From a virus (Duplodnaviria; Caudoviricetes): a stretch of 47,052 nt of DNA. The stretch's first letter is position 1; every line of letters starts with the position of its first letter. The position numbers and the translations under genes are program-made. The DNA lies in IMG/VR virus record IMGVR_UViG_3300032335_000913, positions 1 through 47,052 of that record, one strand, 5' to 3'. The notes beneath the pieces are model-generated. The model was not told the DNA's origin and did not search any database. It saw nothing but the letters and a program-made list of their open reading frames with translations. Of the stretch, positions 17,941 to 26,897 are shown one piece after another.

Positions 17941-19431
17941 TTAAAGTTTTGCCGGTGGTTGAAAACCACATCCAGCACAATAACTAGAATAACACCAATA
18001 TCCACATCCATTATTAGGACACCAACATCCATTGTGCATCACACTAAAATCGCCATCACCAACATCCACCAAGAATAAATCGGAAGGTTCAAAATCTAAA
18101 CTATAAATGGTTTTTTGTGCATATTCCATTTCTAATCCTGAGATTGTTACTGTTGTTAATTCGTTTGTGTTTACATCTGTAATAACTAATTTATCTCCAA
18201 CATATAATTTATTTACTTTTTCAAATCTGGTTAATGTTGAATCTTTTTCTTCAATATAATAAGTACATGATGGAGAATCTGTCCAGGTTCTACCATCTTC
18301 TAATGTTATTCTTATGTATATAGTATCAACTACTACCGATGTTTTACCTTCTAAACTAGATGACATTTGAGTTAGTGTATCGTTTGATTGTTGAAGTGTA
18401 CTATCCCAACCTAACGTAAATAGATTGCCTACTTCTAAATTAGCCGCATGATTATCATTAGAATCTATAAAATCAATAGAACGAATGTAATCACCGATTT
18501 GTATAGTATCCACATCGGTTAATGTTCCATTAAAATTTACAATCATACTATCGTCGTCCGTATGATAATCAGTTTTACCACTATTACTACTTACATCTTT
18601 GGTAATATATTTATATCTACTTTTTTGATTTAACTTATTTGTACCGGATACAAATTCGTCTGCACTAAACGATATTGGTATAATAGTAGATTGAGTATAT
18701 CCACCTAAACTGATAACGTCTAATTCCGAACCATATATAATATCAATACTTCGTATAATTGAGTATCTACCTTCTATCAGGTTATCTTCTGAAAATATAA
18801 ATTCTTGTGCTAAATAATTTGATTCTAATTGATTTTTTAAAGTAGTTAATTCAGTAATATCCATCACTTTATATAAAGAAGGATATATTCCATTATCGTA
18901 ATTTGGGTATCTTGCTTTTATTAAAAAGTTGGGGTTTGTACTTGTAAAATCAACTTCATCTAATGAATCCAAAGATATAATATCCGATGTGAAGTATGTT
19001 TTTGGTATATATTGAGAACCAGACATAAGAGAGAAAAACTCAAATTTATCAGCACAATATGTTTCATCTACTAAAGCAGTAGTATCAAACGCTTGTCTTA
19101 AAATAAATTTATTAGTTGCATCTTCAATAAAAGGTATCGTTACTGAACCGACAGGAACTATATAATCTTGAAATGTTATATTATTTTCTATGCACTTCTC
19201 TTCTAAGATATTTTTAAATCTAAATTGCTCTGTTAATGGTTTATATGCATCTGTTTCTGTCCATATAAAATGAAATTCTGTGATATTATTAGTAGTTAAC
19301 ATATCAAATAATGATGTATAATCTAATAAATCCGCACCTTCATTGTATATGGTGGTGTTGGTATTAATTTCCAAAAATTTTACTGAGTCATTTTTTTGAA
19401 GTAAATCACTTCCTATTATTGTTGCTTTCAT
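17941..19431 (-). CDS. Circularly permuted ATP-grasp-like domain + Hint domain + C-terminal Cys-rich peptide
   Basis: ATP-grasp elements in permuted order: SD...KFLEINTN, DK, IPKTY, LIKARYP, LAQEFI. Hint blocks: IVNFNGTLTDVDTIQIGDYI, KLYVGDKL, IYSLDFEP..FLV...VMHN. Then GCWCPNNGCGYWCYSSYCAGCGFQPPAKL. Confidence 0.72.
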   Translation of the reverse strand: MKATIIGSDLLQKNDSVKFLEINTNTTIYNEGADLLDYTSLFDMLTTNNITEFHFIWTETDAYKPLTEQFRFKNILEEKCIENNITFQDYIVPVGSVTIPFIEDATNKFILRQAFDTTALVDETYCADKFEFFSLMSGSQYIPKTYFTSDIISLDSLDEVDFTSTNPNFLIKARYPNYDNGIYPSLYKVMDITELTTLKNQLESNYLAQEFIFSEDNLIEGRYSIIRSIDIIYGSELDVISLGGYTQSTIIPISFSADEFVSGTNKLNQKSRYKYITKDVSSNSGKTDYHTDDDSMIVNFNGTLTDVDTIQIGDYIRSIDFIDSNDNHAANLEVGNLFTLGWDSTLQQSNDTLTQMSSSLEGKTSVVVDTIYIRITLEDGRTWTDSPSCTYYIEEKDSTLTRFEKVNKLYVGDKLVITDVNTNELTTVTISGLEMEYAQKTIYSLDFEPSDLFLVDVGDGDFSVMHNGCWCPNNGCGYWCYSSYCAGCGFQPPAKL

Positions 19432-19450
19432 AAATGTGTGTTCATTTGGT

Positions 19451-19458
19451 ATAAATAT
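19451..19458 (-). promoter_or_regulatory. Putative late-promoter motif ATATTTAT upstream of the ATP-grasp-Hint gene
   Basis: Same octamer as at 4752 in the structural module, about 20 nt before the ATG. Confidence 0.4.
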
Positions 19459-19484
19459 CTTAAAAAATTATTTCAATAGTTTTT

Positions 19485-19787
19485 TTATAGTAATGTTTTT
19501 TTATTTTTATCATCAATAGGGGTTATGTATTCTGAGTCCACATCTTTCCATTTTCTTTGTGTACATGGATTGAATAATTTAGAGAAAACTTTTTTATTTA
19601 TAGGACACCCACAATCATCACAATATGCAGACCATTCAATACCTTTCAAAACTTCCTTTCTAAAATTACACCCCAAACATACGTTGAGTCTTTTTTGTGC
19701 AAGTTCTTCTTGAATTTGAGTTGGTTTAAATGAAGTTTTCCAAGCGTCAAATATTTCCTTATAATCGATATTGTTTATTTTAATCAT
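19485..19787 (-). CDS. Cys-rich putative metal-binding protein (paralogue of 39091-39351)
   Basis: RLNVCLGC...CDDCGCPINKK...C...W. Confidence 0.75.
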   Translation of the reverse strand: MIKINNIDYKEIFDAWKTSFKPTQIQEELAQKRLNVCLGCNFRKEVLKGIEWSAYCDDCGCPINKKVFSKLFNPCTQRKWKDVDSEYITPIDDKNKKTLL

Positions 19788-19788
19788 A

Positions 19789-20556
19789 TTATATTAACGT
19801 CTTAATTGATTTGGGTAAATCGTAATGGTCATAAATTAAATTATATTTATCTTTAAAATCATCATTTAATTTTATTTTTGTTTCAATATGAGAATGTGAA
19901 TTTACATTTTTCAGTTTAAAATTTGTTTTAGTTATATCGGAAACCCATTTTTCTAATTTTTCCATTTCGTTTATATTGAACCAAATAATATCATTATCAT
20001 GGTTATGCCAAATTGATTTTGGTGTTATAAGTATAATTAAAATATTAACTAATAGATAATCTGTATTTGAAAAATTTGTAGGGGTATGTTTCCTACTGAT
20101 ATATTTATCAATAAATTTATTTTTAATTAAGAATTTATTTACAATGTCCCATCGGTTATCCATAGTTGCTAAATCGTTAGTTTCAAAAAAAAATAAATCG
20201 TTTAGGTCTATATTGGCCATCCATTTTGAAAACTCATATGAACCAGTTCGAGCTGTATCGTAGATAATATGTTTATATAGTGAAAAGAAAGATTCATGTC
20301 TATCTCTATAAACTGATATAACAGGTAGGTTATTACCGAATTTTTTTCTTAAATCAATTACGGGTTCATGGCCATGAGTTATTGACTCCATTATTTTTAA
20401 TTCATCTATGTTATTGAAATCGACCAATTCATTTTGTCGATTCCACTCATTATCCAAATTAGATACGGTTAAATTATTTAGTATACATGAGTAATGAAAT
20501 GAGGTTGAACCACATCTGGGCAATGAAACATATATAAATTTATTGTCTACCAACAT
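19789..20556 (-). CDS. Sulfotransferase-like protein
   Basis: KFIYVSLPRCGSTSF, H and YRDRHESFFSLY (R..S 3'-PB-like). Start placed at MLVDNK. Confidence 0.72.
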   Translation of the reverse strand: MLVDNKFIYVSLPRCGSTSFHYSCILNNLTVSNLDNEWNRQNELVDFNNIDELKIMESITHGHEPVIDLRKKFGNNLPVISVYRDRHESFFSLYKHIIYDTARTGSYEFSKWMANIDLNDLFFFETNDLATMDNRWDIVNKFLIKNKFIDKYISRKHTPTNFSNTDYLLVNILIILITPKSIWHNHDNDIIWFNINEMEKLEKWVSDITKTNFKLKNVNSHSHIETKIKLNDDFKDKYNLIYDHYDLPKSIKTLI

Positions 20557-20557
20557 A

Positions 20558-21196
20558 CTATAATAAAGTTTTTTCTTTTTTAATAAAATCAAACCCAATG
20601 TTTGAAGCAATTACAATTCTATCTATGGTAGAATTTAAAGCAGTATTTGGGGTGTGTGGCATATCTCCTTCCATAATGATTAAATCATCTTCTTCAGGTC
20701 TTATCCAATATTCTTTATCATTTTTTCCTTTAAAATATAATACACCATCTTCACCATTCATCACATCAGGCATCTGTATATAATAAACATATGTGTAATT
20801 TGGAATAAATGATTTATTTTCTTTATTAATATCGGTATGTACATGATATTTTTTACCATTATGAAAATTTTCCTGTACTGGATTTTTTGAACGTACTACA
20901 TTTACCCACGTCTCAATATTAATTTTATTATATTTTTTATTTGTTTCTTCGTATAATTTTTTACATTCATTAATGCTGATTTGAATTATTTCATCCATTT
21001 TTGTTTCTATATTAACTTCACCAATAAAATTTAAATTTTTGTTCCATTCCATTTTATACCCAAATCCATCATTTGTATTGGTAGGTTGGGATTCTATAAT
21101 AGAATATGCTTCTTTTAAAATTATTGATTTATTATTTAAACGATTTAGTTTTGTTTTCCAAATATAAGTCTCATCATCAAAATATATCTTTTCCAT
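20558..21196 (-). CDS. Putative 2OG-Fe(II) oxygenase (TIGR02466-like)
   Basis: WVNV...HVH...YVYYIQMP...H...DRIVIASN double-stranded beta-helix pattern. Confidence 0.75.
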   Translation of the reverse strand: MEKIYFDDETYIWKTKLNRLNNKSIILKEAYSIIESQPTNTNDGFGYKMEWNKNLNFIGEVNIETKMDEIIQISINECKKLYEETNKKYNKINIETWVNVVRSKNPVQENFHNGKKYHVHTDINKENKSFIPNYTYVYYIQMPDVMNGEDGVLYFKGKNDKEYWIRPEEDDLIIMEGDMPHTPNTALNSTIDRIVIASNIGFDFIKKEKTLL

Positions 21197-21197
21197 A

Positions 21198-21761
21198 TTA
21201 TATTAAATTTTGTTTCTTTGAGTCGGTTTTAACTAACGAAATCCAATTTACTAATGAATATCGTACACCATTCTCAACAGTTGTAACTCTATGAAGTAAT
21301 CTTGAATCAAAAATATATAGTGTACCGATTTTATTTTCTATTGGTACTAACTCACTTTTTATATTTTTAATCTCCAAAATACCCCCATTATACTCATTAT
21401 TTAATTGAATTACCATTGATGCAAATCTATCACTATAATGTGCGTCAGAAGCATCGGCATGCCAATTAAAATATTCACCTTCTTTGTATTCGGTAAATTG
21501 ATAATCTCCTAATCCGGTAACTTCCATACCATTTATATTGAAAGTTTCTCTTAATTTATTCGTTAATCTTTCATTTAAAAATCCTAAATCAGATACCCAA
21601 CCAATGGATGACTTTCTAAAATTTTCAGTAGGTGCAAACTTATAATTACCACCAATCAATTCGGCATTTGACAATGTTAATTCTCCTTTACATTTATTTA
21701 AAATAAAATCACATTCTTCAGGTAATAAAAAGTTTTCAAATATGTTTATGCTACCAATCAT
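21198..21761 (-). CDS. 2OG-Fe(II) oxygenase (P4H/PKHD-like)
   Basis: QFTEYKEGEYFNWHAD...EYNGG...HRVTTVENGVRYSLVNW. Confidence 0.92.
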   Translation of the reverse strand: MIGSINIFENFLLPEECDFILNKCKGELTLSNAELIGGNYKFAPTENFRKSSIGWVSDLGFLNERLTNKLRETFNINGMEVTGLGDYQFTEYKEGEYFNWHADASDAHYSDRFASMVIQLNNEYNGGILEIKNIKSELVPIENKIGTLYIFDSRLLHRVTTVENGVRYSLVNWISLVKTDSKKQNLI

Positions 21762-21776
21762 ATATATTTTTTAATA

Positions 21777-23009
21777 TTATAATAATTTTGATTTAATTAA
21801 TTTTTTATTTTTCCTAAAAATAGAAGTGTAATTATATAGTCCAAAAATAATGTTTTCAGCTGTGAATTTTTTCAATCCTAATTTTTCTATCATTTTATAA
21901 TTGTCATCTAAAAACATATGGTTATTTTCATTCAAAATATTTTTTAATTTTTCGGGTATAGGCATCGAATATGACTTTTTCCAAAATGGAGTATCCAATC
22001 TTTCACACAAATAATGATACCTAATAAAAAACATAGTTTGTGTCATCACTTCTCCACAAAAATCATTATACTCATCACGACTATTTTCGTCAAAATTTAT
22101 GTTAATTAATCTTCTTAATTGCATTATCGTTGACATCATTGAGGTTGCCTCCAATGGTTCTAAAAAACCATAAGACAATCCAATTGATATAGTATTACCT
22201 ATCCAACTTCTCTCAAATCTACCTGGATTAAATTCAAATACTTTTTGAATTTTAATTTCTGTCCCAACATATTCTTCAATTTCTTTTTTTGCGTCTTCAA
22301 TTGTTGTAAATGAATCGTCAAATACATAACCGCATCCCCACCTATGTTGCAATGGGATTTGCCACATCCAACCACAATTCATTGAAACTAATTGTGTGTA
22401 TGTTTTATCGGTAATTTTGAATTTATCGTTCTGTGGTAAAAAATAACCGATTGCTTTGTTGAGTGGTAAATAATCTTTGTAACTAATCCATTTTTCGTTA
22501 TGGGTTTTTTCAATAATAATTTTAGCAAATCCACTACAATCAAAAACAAAATCAATGTCCTCAATTTTTTTATTGTTATTTAATAATATGGTGTGGATTT
22601 TATCATTTACTTTTTCTACATCAATAACTTCATTATCAATGTGAGTAACCCCTCTTTCAATCGATATTTCTTTAAAATATTGGCCTACTAATCTACCATC
22701 AAAATGAAAGGCTTTTGTTGTGGAATCACCAAATAGGTGTTTTGGTTCTCTATTATCTAATGTCCAATTTTTAAAATTTAAACCATCTTTAATAGTTGAC
22801 CCGGTTTTATTAAAAAATTCATTTTCATTTATATCTAATAGATTAAGTATCATACCGAAATTTGGTGTACTTCCTTCTCCAGCACCTAATATACCAATTT
22901 TGGAACTATCAATTACTGTAAGAGTTGTGTCTTTCCAAAATTTATTTACCACTAAGGCCGTTAACCATCCTGCAGTTCCACCACCAATGATAACTACTTT
23001 TTTTTTCAT
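21777..23009 (-). CDS. Flavin-dependent halogenase, tryptophan halogenase family
   Basis: GGGTAGW, GAGEGSTP, STIK (catalytic Lys position), DCSGF, WMWQIPL (WxWxIP) and FLEPLEATS. Confidence 0.92.
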   Translation of the reverse strand: MKKKVVIIGGGTAGWLTALVVNKFWKDTTLTVIDSSKIGILGAGEGSTPNFGMILNLLDINENEFFNKTGSTIKDGLNFKNWTLDNREPKHLFGDSTTKAFHFDGRLVGQYFKEISIERGVTHIDNEVIDVEKVNDKIHTILLNNNKKIEDIDFVFDCSGFAKIIIEKTHNEKWISYKDYLPLNKAIGYFLPQNDKFKITDKTYTQLVSMNCGWMWQIPLQHRWGCGYVFDDSFTTIEDAKKEIEEYVGTEIKIQKVFEFNPGRFERSWIGNTISIGLSYGFLEPLEATSMMSTIMQLRRLININFDENSRDEYNDFCGEVMTQTMFFIRYHYLCERLDTPFWKKSYSMPIPEKLKNILNENNHMFLDDNYKMIEKLGLKKFTAENIIFGLYNYTSIFRKNKKLIKSKLL

Positions 23010-23031
23010 ATTAATTTTTTTAATAGTGTTA

Positions 23032-23063
23032 TCAATATAAGATATATTTTTGAATTTACCAAA
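23032..23063 (-). promoter_or_regulatory. Bacteroidota-type promoter-like motif
   Basis: Minus strand reads TTTGGTAAATTCAAAAATATATCTTATATTGA, upstream of the halogenase. Confidence 0.55.
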
Positions 23064-23079
23064 TAAATAATTTTTTAAT

Positions 23080-23832
23080 TTATATTAAATTTTTATTTTT
23101 TAGTTTCAAAACTGTAATTATATCTTTCTGCACTAAGTTTAAATTAATCAATTTTTTAATTTTTATTTCCAATTCTTCGATTTTAGAGATATCTGATGCA
23201 TTTTTATTTTCTAATTCTTCAATTTTAGACATATGTGACAAATTTTCATACTCTAATTTTTTAATTTTGTCTACTTGTAATAAATTTTTATCTTCTAATT
23301 TTGAATAATCATTCCAATCATATTGACTATATTGATGTGATATCATAGTTTCTAAATATTTTGAATCCATTTCGGCCAATTTATTTAACTTATTTGATAA
23401 AACACAATCTACTTTGATAAATTCATATTTGTTATAACTATAAGTTGGTACCATATCAATTGGAAATAATTCGGACAATTGTCTCAATTTTACAAAACGA
23501 AATTTATGAATAGACCATGAATCATAAACCTGTTTATATAAAAATGGATACCAATGCCTACTTTTTTCATTTTCTAAATCATATAATATTTCTGATATTG
23601 ATTTAGGAGTGCAACCCATATCTGTATTTATTGCTGATAAAATATGTTCTTCAATTGGTCTCCATACAAATATAGTATCACTATGTACGTTATCTTTAAG
23701 TTCGTATACATTTAAATGAATTGTTTCTATTAGATGTGTATCATCAATACTGCTCAACCAACGTGTACCACATTTACCTGGAGCAATCAAATCCAATCCG
23801 TTTTTAAAGATATATCTTTTAATGAATGTCAT
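23080..23832 (-). CDS. Sulfotransferase-like protein with C-terminal coiled coil (paralogue of 24581-25237)
   Basis: APGKCGTRWL PSB-like loop, WRPIEEHILSA and HWYP. Confidence 0.6.
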   Translation of the reverse strand: MTFIKRYIFKNGLDLIAPGKCGTRWLSSIDDTHLIETIHLNVYELKDNVHSDTIFVWRPIEEHILSAINTDMGCTPKSISEILYDLENEKSRHWYPFLYKQVYDSWSIHKFRFVKLRQLSELFPIDMVPTYSYNKYEFIKVDCVLSNKLNKLAEMDSKYLETMISHQYSQYDWNDYSKLEDKNLLQVDKIKKLEYENLSHMSKIEELENKNASDISKIEELEIKIKKLINLNLVQKDIITVLKLKNKNLI

Positions 23833-24544
23833 AGTTTTTAGTTATTTTGTTAAATACATAATATGCAAATGCAATATTGAATTGTTGTCCCCAATGAAAA
23901 TCCAATTTGCGGCCGATTTGGCCATTTGTCTCATACCATTGGTCATTTAATGTTTGCCAAAATCCTATTTCTTTTGTTAAAAATGATTTATCTTTAATAA
24001 AATCAACTTGGTGTTCCATTTCGTCCCATGTAAATACAAAATTATTACAAGGAGTCAATTTTAACAAACTATCTACTACTTCTATTTGATTTAATTGTGA
24101 GGAGGTAGTTGAATTAATTATTTCTTGATTTTGCATCATTTTCATCAATTCTTTTGAGTTTAATTGATTATCCCAAAATTCTAATTTCATATGTTCGTCA
24201 ACTAATTGAGGGCCGACAAACCTATTAATAATTTTAATATCGTTTGGATAGGGTTTATATGTTTTATACCAATTTGATTCTTTTAACGGAACTCTTGTTC
24301 TCCTGAAATAAGGTAAACATATTACTAACAAATCCGTTTCGTTTAAATGTGGAATAAGTTTAATCCAGTTATCTAATATTGTTTGGACATCTCTATTTGC
24401 AATACCATCTACGATAACATCTATATCATTCAGTTTTAATAAATTTTTAAGTCTTTCAATCCAAAACCACGAATCATCCCAACCTTTTACATAATTGCAA
24501 GGAACGGTAAATGAATCTCCAATAACAAATAATCTCTTTATCAT
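23819..24544 (-). CDS. SGNH/GDSL-like hydrolase or acyltransferase
   Basis: VIGDSF block I and C-terminal DFHW (DxH). Start placed at MIKRLF. Confidence 0.65.
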   Translation of the reverse strand: MIKRLFVIGDSFTVPCNYVKGWDDSWFWIERLKNLLKLNDIDVIVDGIANRDVQTILDNWIKLIPHLNETDLLVICLPYFRRTRVPLKESNWYKTYKPYPNDIKIINRFVGPQLVDEHMKLEFWDNQLNSKELMKMMQNQEIINSTTSSQLNQIEVVDSLLKLTPCNNFVFTWDEMEHQVDFIKDKSFLTKEIGFWQTLNDQWYETNGQIGRKLDFHWGQQFNIAFAYYVFNKITKNYDIH

Positions 24545-24580
24545 AATTAGTGATGGGCCCAAAGTTGTTTATTAATTTTT

Positions 24581-25237
24581 TTAACTAATCTTTTTTTTAA
24601 GTTGTTCAATTTCCACTTTCAAATCCATTACCTTACACAACATTTCTAAACGAGAATCTTCCAAATCCGAATACGCTTCCCAATCCTTTTCACTATATTG
24701 TGATTTAATCATCGATTTAAGCCATTTTTCTTCTTCACTAATTAAGTTTTCCAATCGAATGGTATCTTTGGATGATAGTAAACTTAGAGCGGATTCTATA
24801 CTATCCCATTTTGGGGGTAAAGAAAGATTATACATGTTTGAAGTCCATTTCAATTCTCTTGCGGATGGGGTAAGTTCCGAAAGAGCACGTAGTTTGTGAA
24901 ATCTAAAACGGGTTCTCTCCCATATAGGATATAATTCTCTATATAAGTGTGGATACCAATGTGCACAAATACCCAATTCTATTTCTGTTATAATATTCAA
25001 TATATCTCTATAAGGGTCTGCAGCCGATTCGGTTTTTATTGCAGATATAAAATGTTCTCTAACAGGTCTCCATATAAAAGTAGTTCCACTATGTACATTT
25101 TTTTGTAAATCGGTAATGTCAATTGAAAATGTAGTTATACGATTTTCACCATCCAATCCATCCAACCAACGAGTTCCACATTTATATGGAGCAATGATAT
25201 CTAATCCGGATTTGAATATGTAACGCTTTAATCCCAT
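24581..25237 (-). CDS. Sulfotransferase-like protein (paralogue of 23080-23832)
   Basis: KRYIFKSGLDIIAPYKCGTRWL, WRPVREHFISA and HWYP; collinear with 23080-23832. Confidence 0.6.
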   Translation of the reverse strand: MGLKRYIFKSGLDIIAPYKCGTRWLDGLDGENRITTFSIDITDLQKNVHSGTTFIWRPVREHFISAIKTESAADPYRDILNIITEIELGICAHWYPHLYRELYPIWERTRFRFHKLRALSELTPSARELKWTSNMYNLSLPPKWDSIESALSLLSSKDTIRLENLISEEEKWLKSMIKSQYSEKDWEAYSDLEDSRLEMLCKVMDLKVEIEQLKKKIS

Positions 25238-25241
25238 ATAG

Positions 25242-25298
25242 TTATTTATTAAATAAAGTTTTCTTTTTAATTAAATATACAAATAATCTCTTTATCAT
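25242..25298 (-). pseudogene. Mini-ORF / deletion remnant MIKRLFVYLIKKKTLFNK
   Basis: 25279-25299 is identical to 24525-24545 (start of the SGNH gene), joined to an IKKKTL tail-like sequence. Confidence 0.5.
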
Positions 25299-25302
25299 AT
25301 TT

Positions 25303-25345
25303 GGGTGGGGGTCGGGGGTAAAGTCGTTTTTTAAGAAAATTTTTG
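25303..25345 (-). repeat. Copy 1 (inverted) of C-rich dispersed repeat
   Basis: Reverse complement CAAAAATTTTCTTAAAAAACGACTTTACCCCCGACCCCCACCC matches 33728-33769 and 34741-34790. Confidence 0.75.
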
Positions 25346-25393
25346 TATCCCTATTGATAGTTGCAACTTTTCTTTCTTTTTGTATAGATATCT

Positions 25394-25549
25394 TTATTTA
25401 CTTATTAGGTTTCTTTTAAGACGCTTTAGATACCATATAGGAAAATATACCACCCAATAGGTAGAAACCAAAAATACACCACCCATAATAACAATTGACA
25501 TCATTACAAGGTGTAAAGATAGTAATATAGTTTTAATAAACTTATTCAT
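25394..25549 (-). CDS. Small membrane protein (51 aa, not in ORF track)
   Basis: Read manually: MNKFIKTILLSLHLVMMSIVIMGGVFLVSTYWVVYFPIWYLKRLKRNLISK. Confidence 0.55.
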   Translation of the reverse strand: MNKFIKTILLSLHLVMMSIVIMGGVFLVSTYWVVYFPIWYLKRLKRNLISK

Positions 25550-25559
25550 ACTATAACTT

Positions 25560-26597
25560 TTATGATTGTTGTAGTTTCTTAATTTGTTGTTGTAGTTCTA
25601 CTACCTTTTTTGCAAGGTAACTTTGATTTTGTGCATCCGTAGTTTGTCCTTGTTGTATTTGTTGTTCAATAGATTGTCGTTGTTGTTGGATTCTTCTTTG
25701 TACTTCGTCATTAGTTTTTGCAATATCGTCTTCCAAATCCCTTTTAGCCTTTTCGACACTATCTTTAATAGTATTAATAGGATTAGATTCAACGGATAAC
25801 AATGTACTACTTTCAGTCTTTTTAACACTATGATTGTCTTCGTCACTATCGGACTCTGCAATAAGGTCTTTTTGAATTATACCATAGATATTAGGAGTAG
25901 GTATTGTACCATCAAAGAAAGTACCCTTAATACGATTAAAATCTTTTCTGAGTAAATCTAATTGGTTATCTAACTCTATAAGAAAGGTTTGTAGTTTGAG
26001 AGGGTCGAAAATAGTTTTTTCTTGGTCGGTTACTATTGCAATAGGTACAAACGTATAGTGAGGATTTAATTCTTTATCTACCATTTTTTCATAGTCTACC
26101 ACCTCAAACTTATCTGAAGGTCGTTTACTTCCTTTATCTAATGTATAATTGATTTGGTCTATTAACTTATTGGGTATACCTTCCGTTAATCCGTTTTGTG
26201 CATCGTCTATATAAGATACATCTACTACGCCTGCTTGTCTATTTTGTAAATCTCTACTATCTATACTCTTTTGTAGTTGGGTTACATCCAATTCAATAAT
26301 CTTAATTGTTTTACCCATGCCTATTTCCTTATCCTTAACCTTTATCTTGCCATTCTCTACTATATCGTAATGTGGGTTCTTTGAGTCTTTTATATCGTTA
26401 AGTGTTTGTGGTGAGCATAGATAATCTAAACCTATCTTTACTATAATACCATTTCCTTTAATAACTGGTTTAAGGTTTACAAGTGGTGCACCAATAGGTA
26501 GATAGATGGGTTTGATATCTTTTGATGCAGATATCTTCCAATTCTTACCATCCGTTGTATACCTTTCCTGGTTTTGATTTATTTCCTTAATACTCAT
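25560..26597 (-). CDS. Hypothetical protein with Gln-rich C-terminal coiled coil
   Basis: 345-aa ORF. Confidence 0.7.
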   Translation of the reverse strand: MSIKEINQNQERYTTDGKNWKISASKDIKPIYLPIGAPLVNLKPVIKGNGIIVKIGLDYLCSPQTLNDIKDSKNPHYDIVENGKIKVKDKEIGMGKTIKIIELDVTQLQKSIDSRDLQNRQAGVVDVSYIDDAQNGLTEGIPNKLIDQINYTLDKGSKRPSDKFEVVDYEKMVDKELNPHYTFVPIAIVTDQEKTIFDPLKLQTFLIELDNQLDLLRKDFNRIKGTFFDGTIPTPNIYGIIQKDLIAESDSDEDNHSVKKTESSTLLSVESNPINTIKDSVEKAKRDLEDDIAKTNDEVQRRIQQQRQSIEQQIQQGQTTDAQNQSYLAKKVVELQQQIKKLQQS

Positions 26598-26886
26598 TAC
26601 TGATTTCTTTATATGCCTTTCTATATAACTTTAATTCATCCTTAATAGTAGTTTTACGATTTACTCTTATATCGTATATCGTTCTTTGTAGTTCTTTATA
26701 CAATCCCATATAGATTGCATCCGTTATTATATAGTTAATAGTTAATTTTCTTTCATATTCCTTATACTCTTTCTTTTCAAATTCATCTCTTACTTCCTCT
26801 AATGGTTGCAAAGAAAAGATTTTTGCAACTCCAATAGATGTACCAAACTCTTGTGCAGCTTTGTCAAACACTTCTTCTTTTAACAT
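26587..26886 (-). CDS. Hypothetical protein
   Basis: 99-aa ORF, coupled to the downstream gene. Confidence 0.65.
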   Translation of the reverse strand: MLKEEVFDKAAQEFGTSIGVAKIFSLQPLEEVRDEFEKKEYKEYERKLTINYIITDAIYMGLYKELQRTIYDIRVNRKTTIKDELKLYRKAYKEISNEY

Positions 26887-26897
26887 ATAGAATAGAT

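Noticed and set aside
18031-18570. Canonical splicing intein or homing element in the 496-aa gene
   Set aside because: No N-terminal Cys/Ser, no block-B His, Gly at +1 and no endonuclease insert. This fits C-terminal cleavage only.
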